The notes beneath the pieces were generated by a model that was not told where the DNA came from, did no database searches, and saw nothing but the letters and a program-made list of their open reading frames with translations. A stretch of 64,000 bases of DNA, taken from the NCBI GenBank assembly GCA_964016885.1, contig OZ024748.1, positions 15,934,001 to 15,998,000 on the forward strand. The letters are read 5' to 3'. Position 1 is the stretch's first letter, and every line of letters begins with the position of its first letter. This stretch comes from Eledone cirrhosa. Taxonomy: Eukaryota. The position numbers were made by a program, and so were the translations under genes. Shown piece after piece: positions 1 through 11,867 of this stretch.

Positions 1-19
1 ATCTCTCTCTCTCTTTCTT

Positions 20-52
<33 letters not shown>

Positions 53-94
53 ATTTATATTCATACATACACACACACACACATATATATATAT

Positions 95-126
<32 letters not shown>

Positions 127-170
127 GGGGGATAGATAAATAGATAGATAGTAAGAGAGATAGATAGATA
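1..170. repeat. Compound microsatellite (CT/TA/TG/CA/GA/GATA)
   Basis: Directly visible simple repeats. Confidence 0.95.
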
Positions 171-440
171 TCGTTAAAATTCAGCCTTACTCATTCTCAT
201 TTGATGGGATGTGTGTCTGATTAAGATAATAAACACATATCTACTTTATATAATATTTTCGAGATCCTTCAATTCTCTACCATTTTCATTGTTGCAATAG
301 TTTTAATTACTTTATTTTTATTATTTTTTATTAATTTATAATAGACATGTGAGTATAACATATAACCAATGGCTGACTTAAGAAGCATTCGGAAATTTTG
401 AAATCTGAAATATGTGCATCCCAACACAAATGACCATAAT

Positions 441-550
441 AATTGTTTCTACTTTTGGCACAATTATCCCAGTGCATTACTGGTACTTTATTTTATCGAC
501 CCTGGAAGGATGAAAGGCAAAGTTAACCCTTGCCAATCCACTACTCTGCA
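441..550 (-). mobile_element. SINE family A, internally deleted copy (tRNA-derived, Meta-like central domain)
   Basis: Reverse complement of the core CTTTGCCTTTCATCCTT..GGGTCGATAAAATAAAGTACCAG and the ..AGTAGAAACAATT tail found in more than 15 copies in the window. Confidence 0.8.
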
Positions 551-576
551 AATAATAACAACAACAATAATGATAA

Positions 577-1515
577 TTTTTATTATTTCTTTATTGGCCC
601 CAAGGGCTGAGATATAGGGGATAATACAAAAACAACAACAGAGGGAGTTTACAGAGAAAATTGAGTAAAAATGTTTTTAACAAATAATACATTACAAACT
701 ACAACAAAGAAAAATTCTCCAATAGTGGGAACCCCACAAATCCTAAAGCAGCTGACGCTCCCAGAGCACTCTAAGAAGGCTCCCTCTCTCCTCTCCAGAT
801 TAGCTAGTCTAGAGGCGCATGTTCAGAGTAGGCCTTTTCAAATGGGTCATTCTCGCTACATTCTCCCATCTTATAACAAATATACTGGGGGACAACACTC
901 CTCTCTCCACTCTCACCTTTCTTTCCATGTGGAATTTGAAAAAATTGATGAGGGATTGGCCAAAGAGAAAACTGTTTGTCTTCAGTCCTTTTAGTATCAG
1001 CCAACACACAACTTCTTTTGCTACTGCCATTAAGCAAAAGGAAACTGCCTGCCTTTCCCGTACAAAAGAAGACGGTGGAGCGATCTTCACAATAGACTCG
1101 GTCAATAGCCAAATTCGTCCTACACACAATAACAGCTGTTTGACTTCACAAGTCAGTAATGCACTCGACAATGGGACTGGACCAGTGCATGGAGAACAGT
1201 TTCCTCGCTCTGTGCATCTCTCAGGCAGGTCCGTCTGACTGCACTCCCGTGTCTGTAAAGTTTAGCTCGAACTGGCAGTGCACCCCAGTAGCACTGCTTA
1301 GTGAGGAATTTCTGGAAGTTATCCATAGTCCTCAGCTCAAACGTTCTCTGGAACAGACTAGTCAGTTTGATTTCGTTGATGTCCAGAGCCTTGCCAAGAG
1401 AATTATCGCACATGCCCATCGGAAAACCTATAAAGAACTCTGGGGTGGAATTTCCACTGACTACATTGCCCGACTCATAAGAGGGCAGAGAGCACACAGG
1501 AACATTCCAGATGCC
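577..1515 (-). mobile_element. Tx1/L1-clade non-LTR retrotransposon, 5'-truncated degenerate 3' fragment
   Basis: ORFs 1153-1539 and 809-1171 give GALPVRAKLYRHG..TCLR(D)AQSEETVLHALVQ (decayed zf-RVT CCHC) and AKEVVCW..LINFFKFHMERKVRVER..RWENV, typical of a Tx1/L1 ORF2 C-terminus; a 3' UTR ending in AATAAA and an A-rich tail follows near 580-595. Confidence 0.75.
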
Positions 1516-1947
1516 AATAATAGTTTCTGATTTTAGCACAAGGCCAACACTTTCAGAGAAGGGGAAAGTTGATTAAATCGAGCCCGGTGCATTACTGGTG
1601 CTTTATTTTATCGACCCCCCCCCCCCACACATCCCTGCAAGAATGAAAGACAAAGCTAACCTTGTCGTAACTCTGTGCTGCAGAGTATGATGTCTGACGC
1701 TCTACCAATACTGCCAATCCACTACACTTAAATAATTGTTTCTACTTTAGGCACAAGGCCAGCAATTTGAAGGGGAGGGGAAAGTCGATTAAATCGTGCA
1801 TTACTGGTACTTTATTTTATCGATTTTAAGGATGAAAGGCAAAGCTAAACTCGGCGGGATATGAACTCAGAATGTAAAGAGTCGTAACCCTATGCCACAA
1901 AGCATATTGTCCAACACTCTACCAATACTACCAATCACCTACCCTAA
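1516..1947 (-). mobile_element. Two head-to-tail SINE family A copies
   Basis: Two units, each with tRNA-like head, core and GGCCTTGTGC..AGAAAC tail. Confidence 0.8.
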
Positions 1948-1950
1948 ATA

Positions 1951-1984
<34 letters not shown>

Positions 1985-1985
<1 letters not shown>

Positions 1986-2400
1986 CACAATAGGCCTGAC
2001 CTAGTGGTTCTGGACAAGGAAAAAAGATCGTGCCTGATTGTAGATGTAGCCTGCCCATTCGACACGAGAGTGCAAGAAAAGGAGAGGGAGAAAATTAACC
2101 GATACCATGACTTAAAGTGGCAGGTAAAAAGGATTTGGAACTGTCATGAAGTCAGAGTCGTCTCGATTGTCATAGGCGCACTAGGTACTATCTCAAAGAG
2201 TTTCCAAGGATGGTTAAAGAAAATTGGTCCAGCCCCGGTTTTCGGAACACTTCAAAAGGCATGCTTGCTGGGAACAGCAAGAACCCTCCGATACATGCTG
2301 AATATCTGAGGCTGTAGGAAGCGGCTTGATATTCATTTCAACAAATTTTCCAGTTAAATAACATCAATGACTGAGACTCAAACAACAACAACACCAACAC
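1985..2400 (+). mobile_element. R4/Dong-clade LINE family A, 3' end only (restriction-like endonuclease domain and 3' UTR)
   Basis: HNRPDLVVLDKEKRSCLIVDVACP..EKINRY..VIGALG..LQKACLLGTARTLR is a PD-(D/E)xK RLE; near-identical to the 3' end of 55785-57479; preceded by (AAT)n. Confidence 0.9.
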
Positions 2401-2558
2401 CAACAACAATAACAAGAATACAAAAAATGATAATATTTAGAAAAACACCTGGATAGCAAAAATTGTGCACTGAAAATTGATTATTTAATTTATTTTTTCT
2501 TCAACAAACACTGAGAGTTATTTTGTTTATATATATATATAGACATATATATATATCC

Positions 2559-2589
<31 letters not shown>

Positions 2590-2607
<18 letters not shown>

Positions 2608-3378
2608 TGAGGATGTCTGTGAGTGTGTGAGTTTGAATCCCTAAAACTCGAGAATCATCCAACCGACTGTTTTCAAACTTTACACATGTAATACTGATGT
2701 TTCAGGGAGTGTTCGAAGCAAAACAAATTTCAAATTTTCAATGCCCTAGGGACCGCATTAGGCGATTTAGCGATCTCTCTCTATAATTCTTAGTCTTTCT
2801 CTTTTTAGATAGATACATACATATAACGTCGCGCCCTTATAATATCTGTCTGTATGTCTGACTGTCTGCATTACGTCACTTCCCGGAGGATGTCTGTGTG
2901 TGTGTGTGTCTGTGAGTTTGAATCCCTAAAACTCGAGAAGTACCCAACCGATTTTTTCAAACTTTACATGTATATTACTTATATTTCAGGGAGTGTTATG
3001 TACATGAAAGAATTCAACTTTTTGATCCCCTAGACCCTGCATTAGGTGAAAAACTGCGTTTTTTCAGGCTTTTAGGGGTCTTTTGAGTTGTTACGTCAGA
3101 CTGATTTCCTTGAAATTGTAACTACGTATTAGTCAGTCTCTTCTTCATACCATGAACAAAGAAAATCCAACTTTTTTATGGCCTAGGACCCGCATTAGGT
3201 GAAAACCTGCATATTTCCTGCTTCATCGAGAAAAATCTTAACGATTATCCAGCCATCAGAGTATTCGGTTTATTTTCTTTACATTTTGTCCACGCATGCC
3301 GTTTCTCCACGATTAGGTCTGTTGGCGGCCCGCATTCCAAAATACCTTATACCGTGCAACGCCGGGAACCACTGCTAG
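2590..3378 (+). mobile_element. Non-autonomous Helitron
   Basis: 5' TATATAAAACTG..TGTCTGT start resembling the 35.76 kb copy; subterminal hairpin CCGTGCAACGCCGG at 3352-3365; 3' CTAG at 3375-3378 followed by T; internal direct duplications near 2607 and 2887. Confidence 0.75.
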
Positions 3379-3384
3379 TATATA

Positions 3385-3416
<32 letters not shown>

Positions 3417-3774
3417 GATAGATAGATATAGATATATATATGTGTGTGTTTGTATTTGTTTAGTTTTGATTCATTTACTATCTTTGATTTTGTTTGGTTT
3501 TTAACCTGTATACTTCATTTTTTTTTTTGTCTTTTCGTTATATTTACAAACATGTTACAAAACACTGAAAATGGTAAAAATATAAGAAAAAAATATATTT
3601 TAAAATCTTGTAAAAAAATATACCAAAATCTACAGCAAATAGCAGAAGTTTTTAAAAAATGTACAATATAAATTGACTAATTCTTTTTAGTCTTCTTTTT
3701 CTTCTTTCTTTGGTTCTTTTAAACAAGTTACAGATTTGGAAATTGATATTGTTTGGTTGTACTTTGTCAATATA

Positions 3775-3814
3775 AATATGTGTATATATGTGTGTTTATA
3801 TATATATATATATG

Positions 3815-3864
<50 letters not shown>

Positions 3865-3915
3865 TATATATATATATGCACATATATGCATATATATATA
3901 TATATATATATGCAC

Positions 3916-3964
<49 letters not shown>

Positions 3965-4229
3965 TATATATATATATATATATGCACATATATATATATA
4001 TATATATGCACATATATATATATATATGCATATATATATATGGGCATATATATATATATATATATATATGCACATATATATATATATGGGCATATATATA
4101 TATATACACACATATATATATATATGTGTGTGTGCACACATATGTACATATAAATATATAAGCACACACATATACATGTATGTATATACATATATATATA
4201 TACATATATATATATATGCATATACATAC

Positions 4230-4261
<32 letters not shown>

Positions 4262-4417
4262 GCATATACATACATACATATATATACATATATATATATA
4301 TGCATATATATATATATATGCATATATATATATGCATATATATATATGCATATATATATATATGCATATATATATATATGCATATATATATACATATGCA
4401 TATATAGATACATATGC

Positions 4418-4468
<51 letters not shown>

Positions 4469-4746
4469 CATATATATATATACATATACATATATACATA
4501 TACATATATATATATATACATATATATATATACATATATATATATACATATACATATATACATATACATATATATATATATATACATATATATACATATG
4601 CATATATATATGTATGCATATATATATATATATATATATATGCATATATATATATATATGCATATATATATATATATATGCATATATATATATATATATG
4701 CATATATATATACATATATATATATATATATGCATATATATATATA
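3775..4746. repeat. About 1 kb (TA)n tract with interspersed TGCA/TACA variants
   Basis: Directly visible; source of the spurious YI-repeat ORFs. Confidence 0.95.
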
Positions 4747-5483
4747 TGATAATAATGGAGCTGCGGCAGTGCAAATGGGTTACATATGAAAAAGTTTGTC
4801 CTCATCAGTGGCCTTCCAACCGTCGTAGGCATTTCGTCGCATTAAAGGCCATATACCTCAGGTTGGTGCGAGCAACGGCTAAAAAAAGTCGTTGGGACAC
4901 GTAAATAAAGGGGACGCTAGGGTAAACAGACAAAATGGTTTAAGCAGCAGAAAGTGATGAAGAAGAAACAAGTCCCAGATTTCTATGAATATAAATTCGG
5001 TAGAATTGTGAACGAGAGAATAAAGACCATCAAACCTGGTTGAAATGTAAGCAAGGAAGGAATTTCGCACAGGTCTAACGGGAGGAAGAAGGGGTCTGGT
5101 CTGCGAATTCGGTAAACATAAGTTCTGTGAAGTCGCAGACGAGAGAGAGAGAGAAAAAGAATTCATACCGGCTTGGCCAAGTGCCCGCGAGAAAAGGATT
5201 ACGGACAGGTCAAACGGGAAGAAAGGGGAGGAGGAGAGGTAGTGACAGAGAGTGAATGAGTGAAAGGTGAGCAAGAGGCTAACAGAGAGAGAGAGACTGC
5301 TAGAAAGGGTAAAGACGCAAAGAACGAAACAGACTGGTGGCAGCGGAGGACAAAATATGTGTAAATATGATAATAATGGAGCTGCGGCACTGCAAATGGG
5401 TTACATATGAAAAAGTTTGTCCTCATCAGTGGCCTTCCAACCGTCGTAGGCATTTCGTCACATTAAAGGCCATATACCTCAGG
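4746..5483 (-). mobile_element. Probable Penelope-like element remnant with direct terminal repeats (pseudo-LTRs) in (TA)n
   Basis: About 117 bp near-identical direct repeats at 4746-4862 and 5367-5483; the minus strand carries CTGATGAGGAC and CGAAA (hammerhead-like pieces); internal ILFSRALGQAGMNSF weakly resembles a PLE C-terminus. Confidence 0.5.
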
Positions 5484-5531
5484 TATGCATATATATATAT
5501 ATGCATATATATATATGCATATATATATATA

Positions 5532-5577
<46 letters not shown>

Positions 5578-5597
5578 TATATATATATATATATATC

Positions 5598-5685
5598 TAA
5601 GGCGGTAAAATTCCCGAGATCCATGGACGAGTTCTCTCCAGCGGTCTCTGTCCCTCATTATCACTGCCATGTCCTGCGTCTCCAT
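5598..5685 (-). mobile_element. RTE LINE extreme 3' fragment
   Basis: Translates to [22 protein letters not shown], the typical RTE 'DR..WR' C-terminus. Confidence 0.6.
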
Positions 5686-5771
5686 ATATATGATATGTAT
5701 ATATATATATGTATATATATATATGTATATATATGTATATATATATGTATATATATGTATATATATATATG

Positions 5772-5837
<66 letters not shown>

Positions 5838-5840
<3 letters not shown>

Positions 5841-6318
5841 CTCAGACACTTACACCTCTCCAAGACAATGTCACTGGACCGAGACCTTTGGCGGTACTCA
5901 GTAATAGAGAAGACCCGCCTTACCTAAATACAAAGTAAAACCTACTACAGTCAGTAGGCATCTCTAACAAAATACACCCCCATCCCACCACCCCCACCCC
6001 ATCGACACCGCCCCTTTCAATGTAAAGTTATGTTGGTGCCACAACATCCAGGCCAAAACAAATGAGATCGTGTAGGTGTCACGGCAAAAAAACACAGTCC
6101 ACGCTGTAATGTGGCCGTGTAGGCAACACGGTAAAAACCTCCCAGCCCCACACTGTAAATGTAGTTGGTGTTAGGAAGGGCATCCAACTGTAGAAAACCC
6201 GCCAGATAGTCCTATGCGAGCAAGACAACCACTCTTGCCTCAAGTGGGAAAACTCCCATCCAAACCCATGCAAGCATGGAACATGGACGTTAAACGTTGA
6301 TGATGATGATGATGATGA
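5838..6318 (+). mobile_element. RTE 3' fragment and RTE-tail SINE ending in (GAT)n
   Basis: DRDLWR-type peptide followed by GGTGTTAGGAAGGGCATCCA..TGTAGAAA..CCATGCAAGCATGGAA..GGACGTTAAA..(TGA)n, homologous to the 3' UTR at 51286-51650. Confidence 0.7.
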
Positions 6319-6425
6319 TATATAAAGTATCTTTAAACAGGATTATATATATATATATATATATAAAGTATCTTTAAACAGGATTATATATATATATATA
6401 TATATATAAAGTATCTTTAAACAGG

Positions 6426-6463
<38 letters not shown>

Positions 6464-6655
6464 ATCTTTAAACAGGATTATATATATATATATATATATA
6501 TATAATTATATAAAGTATCTTTAAACAGGATTATATATATATATATATATATATATAAAGTATCTTTAAACAGGATTATATATATATATATATATAACGT
6601 ATCTTTAAACAGGATTATATATATATATATATATAAAGTATCATTAAACAGAATA
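6319..6655. repeat. Minisatellite: constant AAAGTATCTTTAAACAGGAT core with variable (TA)n spacer, 8 copies
   Basis: Core seen near 6324, 6365, 6408, 6458, 6512, 6557, 6596 and 6635. Confidence 0.95.
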
Positions 6656-6841
6656 AAGCCGTGTAATTTGAATGTATAGGAGTACTTAGAAATATAGCAG
6701 GTTATCTTATATACGGTTTTACATTTGTGTGTAAAGAAAAAAAGAAAAAGAATTCCATTTACTGCAATTAGAAAACAATTGAAATGAAATATTTGTAAGT
6801 TAGATAAGCAAGATATTCAGTGAGTGAAGATGTCAGACTAT

Positions 6842-7085
6842 AATTGTCTACTGTAGGCACAAAGCCAGCAATTTGAAGGGAGGAGGGGAAAGTCAGTTAA
6901 ATCCACCCAGTGCATTACTGGTATGTTTTTCATCGACCCCATAAGGATGAAAGGCAAAACTAACCTCGGCAGGATTTGAAATCAGGACGTAAAGGGCCAT
7001 AACTCTATGCTGCAAAGGGCCATAACACTATGCGTAAAGGGCCGTAACTCTATGCTGTCTGACGTTCTACTGATACTGCCAATCA
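6842..7085 (-). mobile_element. SINE family A copy with short internal triplication
   Basis: Core and tail motifs; AAAGGGCCATAAC repeated three times. Confidence 0.75.
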
Positions 7086-7631
7086 GAAATGATAAACCAT
7101 AATTTAAGTAAATTTTTTTTTTGTGAAAGTATTTGACCTACATTTTAGGCTGTGGTCTCCAGAGTCTCAGGTCATGTGAGATTGTGTCCTATCTCTGGCC
7201 ATATTGAACCATGTGAAGGTCAAGTTGTCAGGTAAGGTTGTAGTGCCATCTTGCCTTTGACTGCCTTCTGGTTTTCCTCTACTGCATTGGTGTCCTGCAT
7301 GGCCTAGAAGTTAGGCCCTCCTGAGCCTTAGGTCATAAGATTGATTCGATCAAAAATTTAAAAAAACAAAATCCAGGGCCATCTCAAGCCTGTTCGATGA
7401 GCCCCTCCCTGATGATTGAACAAATGGAATATTTCCCATCAAAACTGACCGAGATCCACTCTGAGCCAGCAGCACCTGGATATTTAATACCTGAGGATAA
7501 CCCAACAATATAGGGCGAGACTTTCACGTACTGAAGCCCTAAGCTATATGAAATTTCAGGCCCTTCTCTAAAAAAATTTGGGTAAAAATTTGTTTAATAA
7601 TTATTTATTTATATATATATACATATATATT

Positions 7632-8066
7632 ACGAAGGAAATGTGGTAAGGAACCAGGTGGACCATAACGCACCAAAGTACTCAATACTTAGGGTAGTAG
7701 AGTGGGTAATAGGAATGAGTGGGACACCAACGGCTGAGCTCAAGCCATTTCGACGGCTAATTCTGGACTAATAATGTCCAGAATTAGCCGTCGAAACGGC
7801 TTGAGCTCAGCCGTCGGGGTCCCACTCGTTCCTATATATATATATATATATATATATATAACAAGGAAGGTGTGATAAGATATTGGGTGGACCATAACGC
7901 ACCAGAGTATTCGATACTTATGGTATTAGAATGGGTAATAGGAAAAGAGTCAGGATCCCGACAGCTGAGCTCCGGCTGTTTCAACAGCTAGTTCAGACAG
8001 TTAGTTCAGATCTAGCTGTCGAGACAGCCAGAGCTCAGCTGTCAGGGTCCTGACTCTTTTCCTATA
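7632..8066. mobile_element. Two tandem hairpin-plus-tail foldback elements in (TA)n
   Basis: Arms at 7709-7768/7776-7835 and 7938-7991/8012-8066, each preceded by a homologous 77-bp segment (GGTGGACCATAACGCACCA..). Confidence 0.8.
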
Positions 8067-8204
8067 TATATCATCATCATTTTACGTCCACTTTTCCCTG
8101 CCTGCAAGGGTGGGACGGAAACAACACATCACCCGGTCTGAGAATTGAACTCACAACCTTTTGATTGCAAGCCCAATGCTCTAACCACTAAGCCGTGTGC
8201 CTCC

Positions 8205-8347
<143 letters not shown>

Positions 8348-8508
8348 AGGAAGTTATAGTTCACTTGAAGCATTGTGTAATGAGGTATAAACGTTTGTAT
8401 ATGTATAATAAAGCCAAAACAATGCAGGTATGGACATAGAATAAAGAATGCAAATGCAAAAGATATTGTTGACAATTAGTCTTTTACCTTATATTTATTT
8501 AAAATATG

Positions 8509-8572
<64 letters not shown>

Positions 8573-11307
8573 CATAATCTTTGATGATTTAGTTTTAAAG
8601 ATAAAAAATAATAATAAAACAAAAAATATATTTTAAAAAATGAGCTCACAGATGGTTTGTAGCCCTAAGCTATAGCTTATTTAGCTTATATATAGGTCTA
8701 GCAATGCCTACAATGTGCATTCATTTCTTCTAAATTAAATAATTTCCACTTAAGTTTAGTAAGCAGACAAAGCTAGTTTCTGACACATCTTACTCTGGCC
8801 TCACTAACAAAATTATCTAGCCTATATTTTCCACTGCACATTCCACACTCACCCACACCAATCATTTGACAGGTCATAACACCATACAACCATCTCCACC
8901 ACTTTGGTTATTATGATAACACTCTTACACAGCAAAGATGTTTAACAATTTATTTATTTATTGCAGGAAATTATTTTATATTTAAATTAATTGTAAATGG
9001 TTTTTTACAAAGCTGTGATACTTTAACCTTCAGTACTCTGTCGGCGACAAATTACGACAAGAGAGTAATCTCCCCTTAATACATAATACAGTGTCAAGGG
9101 AAACAATTCATAAAAAATGTCAGCATCCTAAAGATTAAGGGTCAGTAATCCACCTCTTTGAGGTCTGCACCCTAGGCAGCTGCTTAGTTGACCTTAATGG
9201 TAACACTTGTCCTCGGTTCATTCCATTTTCCATCCAAATATTATCTTTGAATAGAATTTGTATCCTGCCTAGAAAAGAATTTTAGATTTGAACTAAATAA
9301 AAAAAAAAAACCCCATATAATCAAACACACAGAAAAATCTAAAAAAGACAACAACAACAACAGCAGCAGCAGCATTTTGTATTGTAAAGCTAATTTTCAA
9401 TTTTGCCAGCAATATTGTATTCTAGTTTTTTTAAGTCAGACCATTCATATATTCGTTGACACCGATCTGATAATCATGGTTGTTAAAAAATTTGCTCAGT
9501 GATTTTTAAGGAGCAATTTTTCAAATAGTTTTTCTCTGCTATAAAATACTTCATTAGCTAAAACACTTTATTAACTGTGATGAACAAATTGTGTTGGCTG
9601 TGATCACTGACCATAATAAATGAGTCTTTGACTGTTGAATGTTTCACTGGCATCAACAGACTGACTGACTGACAGACAGACTGACAACTCCTGCAAAGCG
9701 TTGTTTGGTTCTATAGGCTGTGATTACCTGGAGCAGGTCATTAATGGTAAGGTTTTGTTCACAAAAGAGTAAAAAATAATTCCTCAGCTATGCTCTACAA
9801 ATATTTATACAGAGCTCAGAAGCCAATGAAGAGCAAAAGAGTAAAGTAACTCATCTATATTTCCTTGATAAACTATGCATTAGAGATGTGTTAGGTATTA
9901 TAAGTATTCTTCCATGCTTTGCATGGGTTGGATAAAGCCTGGAGTTTATCCTATCCTAGTTCCGTAGGCATTAATCAACTGAGTGTAAAAGACTTCCCTG
10001 TGGGTGAAATAAATATAATAAGGAATTAAATATAGAAGATGGATTGGTAGAGTTCTTAAAGTGTCAGATAGAAAACTTTACAATATTCATTCTAGTTCCC
10101 TGAATTTGGAAATTAAATCTTACCGAGACCAATTTTACCTTTGATCCATTTAGTGTCAATAATGAAAATACCTGGTCAAAACAGTCTGAAAAGAAAAGCA
10201 AAAGCTGATATTGATTGGCACTAGTGCTCATTCATCTGAATTGAAACTGGAGCAATGACAAGTTACTTACTCAAAGACACAACATGACATAGGCAATCAA
10301 ACACATGATCTTATTATCATGAGTAGAACACCCTAAACACAAAGCCACATGCTTTCACACTATGCAAGCCATTTTCAGTCATATAGAGCAAAATGAATAA
10401 AATGAATGAGATTACTTTTTATTTTACTATTTTCATAGAAATTTAATATATTTCCTTTTACATGTCATCTTTAACACATTCAGTACAACAAACCATTTAT
10501 TGTTTAACAATAGATCTCCTAAAATCCATAGCAGTTCTAATATTTTCTGCAAACATTTCCAATTGGTGTTTTCCTGTTTAATACTTATATATCACTAATA
10601 CTTAGTTAGCTGTGATTCATAAAAATCAATTCATAGGAACAGCTACATTTTTTTTTATCTTTGCTTAGCATCCCTAAGTGCTTTGCATTAAAAGTACACA
10701 TGTGCGTACACACGCACATCTGTATGCATGAACATCTATGTATGTGTGTGTGTATGTACGCATGTTTGTATGTGTGTATGTATGTAAGTATGTGTGTATG
10801 TGTATGTATGTGAGTGTGTGTGTGTGTGTTGTATATCTGTATCTGTCTGAGTGTTTGTGTGTGTGTGCTTTTGGACTGATTTGTGATTCCAAACTGTCAA
10901 TATCGGATTTCCTGCCATAATCTGATGCAGTGACTACATCAGATTATGGTGCATTCACACGTTAGGTTGTTTCACAGCAAAGAATGAATGGAATAGGAGA
11001 GAAGAGAAAATATGAGAAATAAGAGAGAATAAAATACAAAAGAACAAACAACACAAAACAAAGAAGAAATAAAAGAAATGATGTGTAAAACTGTGAATAA
11101 CATTATCCAGCTATTAATAAGACTTAATGATCCTCTTTTCCGATTCCTAACAAACATATGCCACACAGCTGGATATATACATACATACAAGTGTGTGTAT
11201 ATATGTGTATGTATATATGCGTATATACATATACATACACATATTCTTGTAAATATATATATATACAAACATATTCTTGTATATATATATATATACAAAC
11301 ATATTCT

Positions 11308-11355
<48 letters not shown>

Positions 11356-11389
11356 AATACATACATATATATATACACATAAATACATA

Positions 11390-11425
<36 letters not shown>

Positions 11426-11490
11426 CATAAATATATATATATATACATAAATACATACATATATATATAAACACACACAAATATATATAC

Positions 11491-11542
<52 letters not shown>

Positions 11543-11562
11543 ATGTGTGTGTGTGTATATTT

Positions 11563-11709
11563 ACATAAGCAATAGAAATTGGATTTTGTTATGTTTTGTT
11601 GTTGTATTTTTCAGGTGTAGTCATTGCATACTTAGTGGTTTCCTGTGTACTAATTTCTCTATAAATGTTTGTGTGAATATAAAATATAGATGGTGAAAAT
11701 GATATGATG

Positions 11710-11772
<63 letters not shown>

Positions 11773-11832
11773 GGAACAAGTATGACCACGACAGCAGAGC
11801 TCAAGCCGTTTCGACGGCTATTTCTGGACAGA

Positions 11833-11867
<35 letters not shown>

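Noticed and set aside
3687-4904. Long YI/IY-rich ORFs (also at 11-13, 22, 28, 31-32, 36-38 and 58-59 kb)
   Set aside because: Translations of (TA)n-based microsatellites, open in many frames on both strands
5915-5940. Minus-strand ttttactttgtatttAG|GTAAGG recursive-like site
   Set aside because: Lies inside an RTE 3' fragment and has a short tract; likely incidental
6319-6655. CRISPR-like repeat-spacer pattern
   Set aside because: Spacers are only (TA)n, there are no cas genes, and the context is eukaryotic
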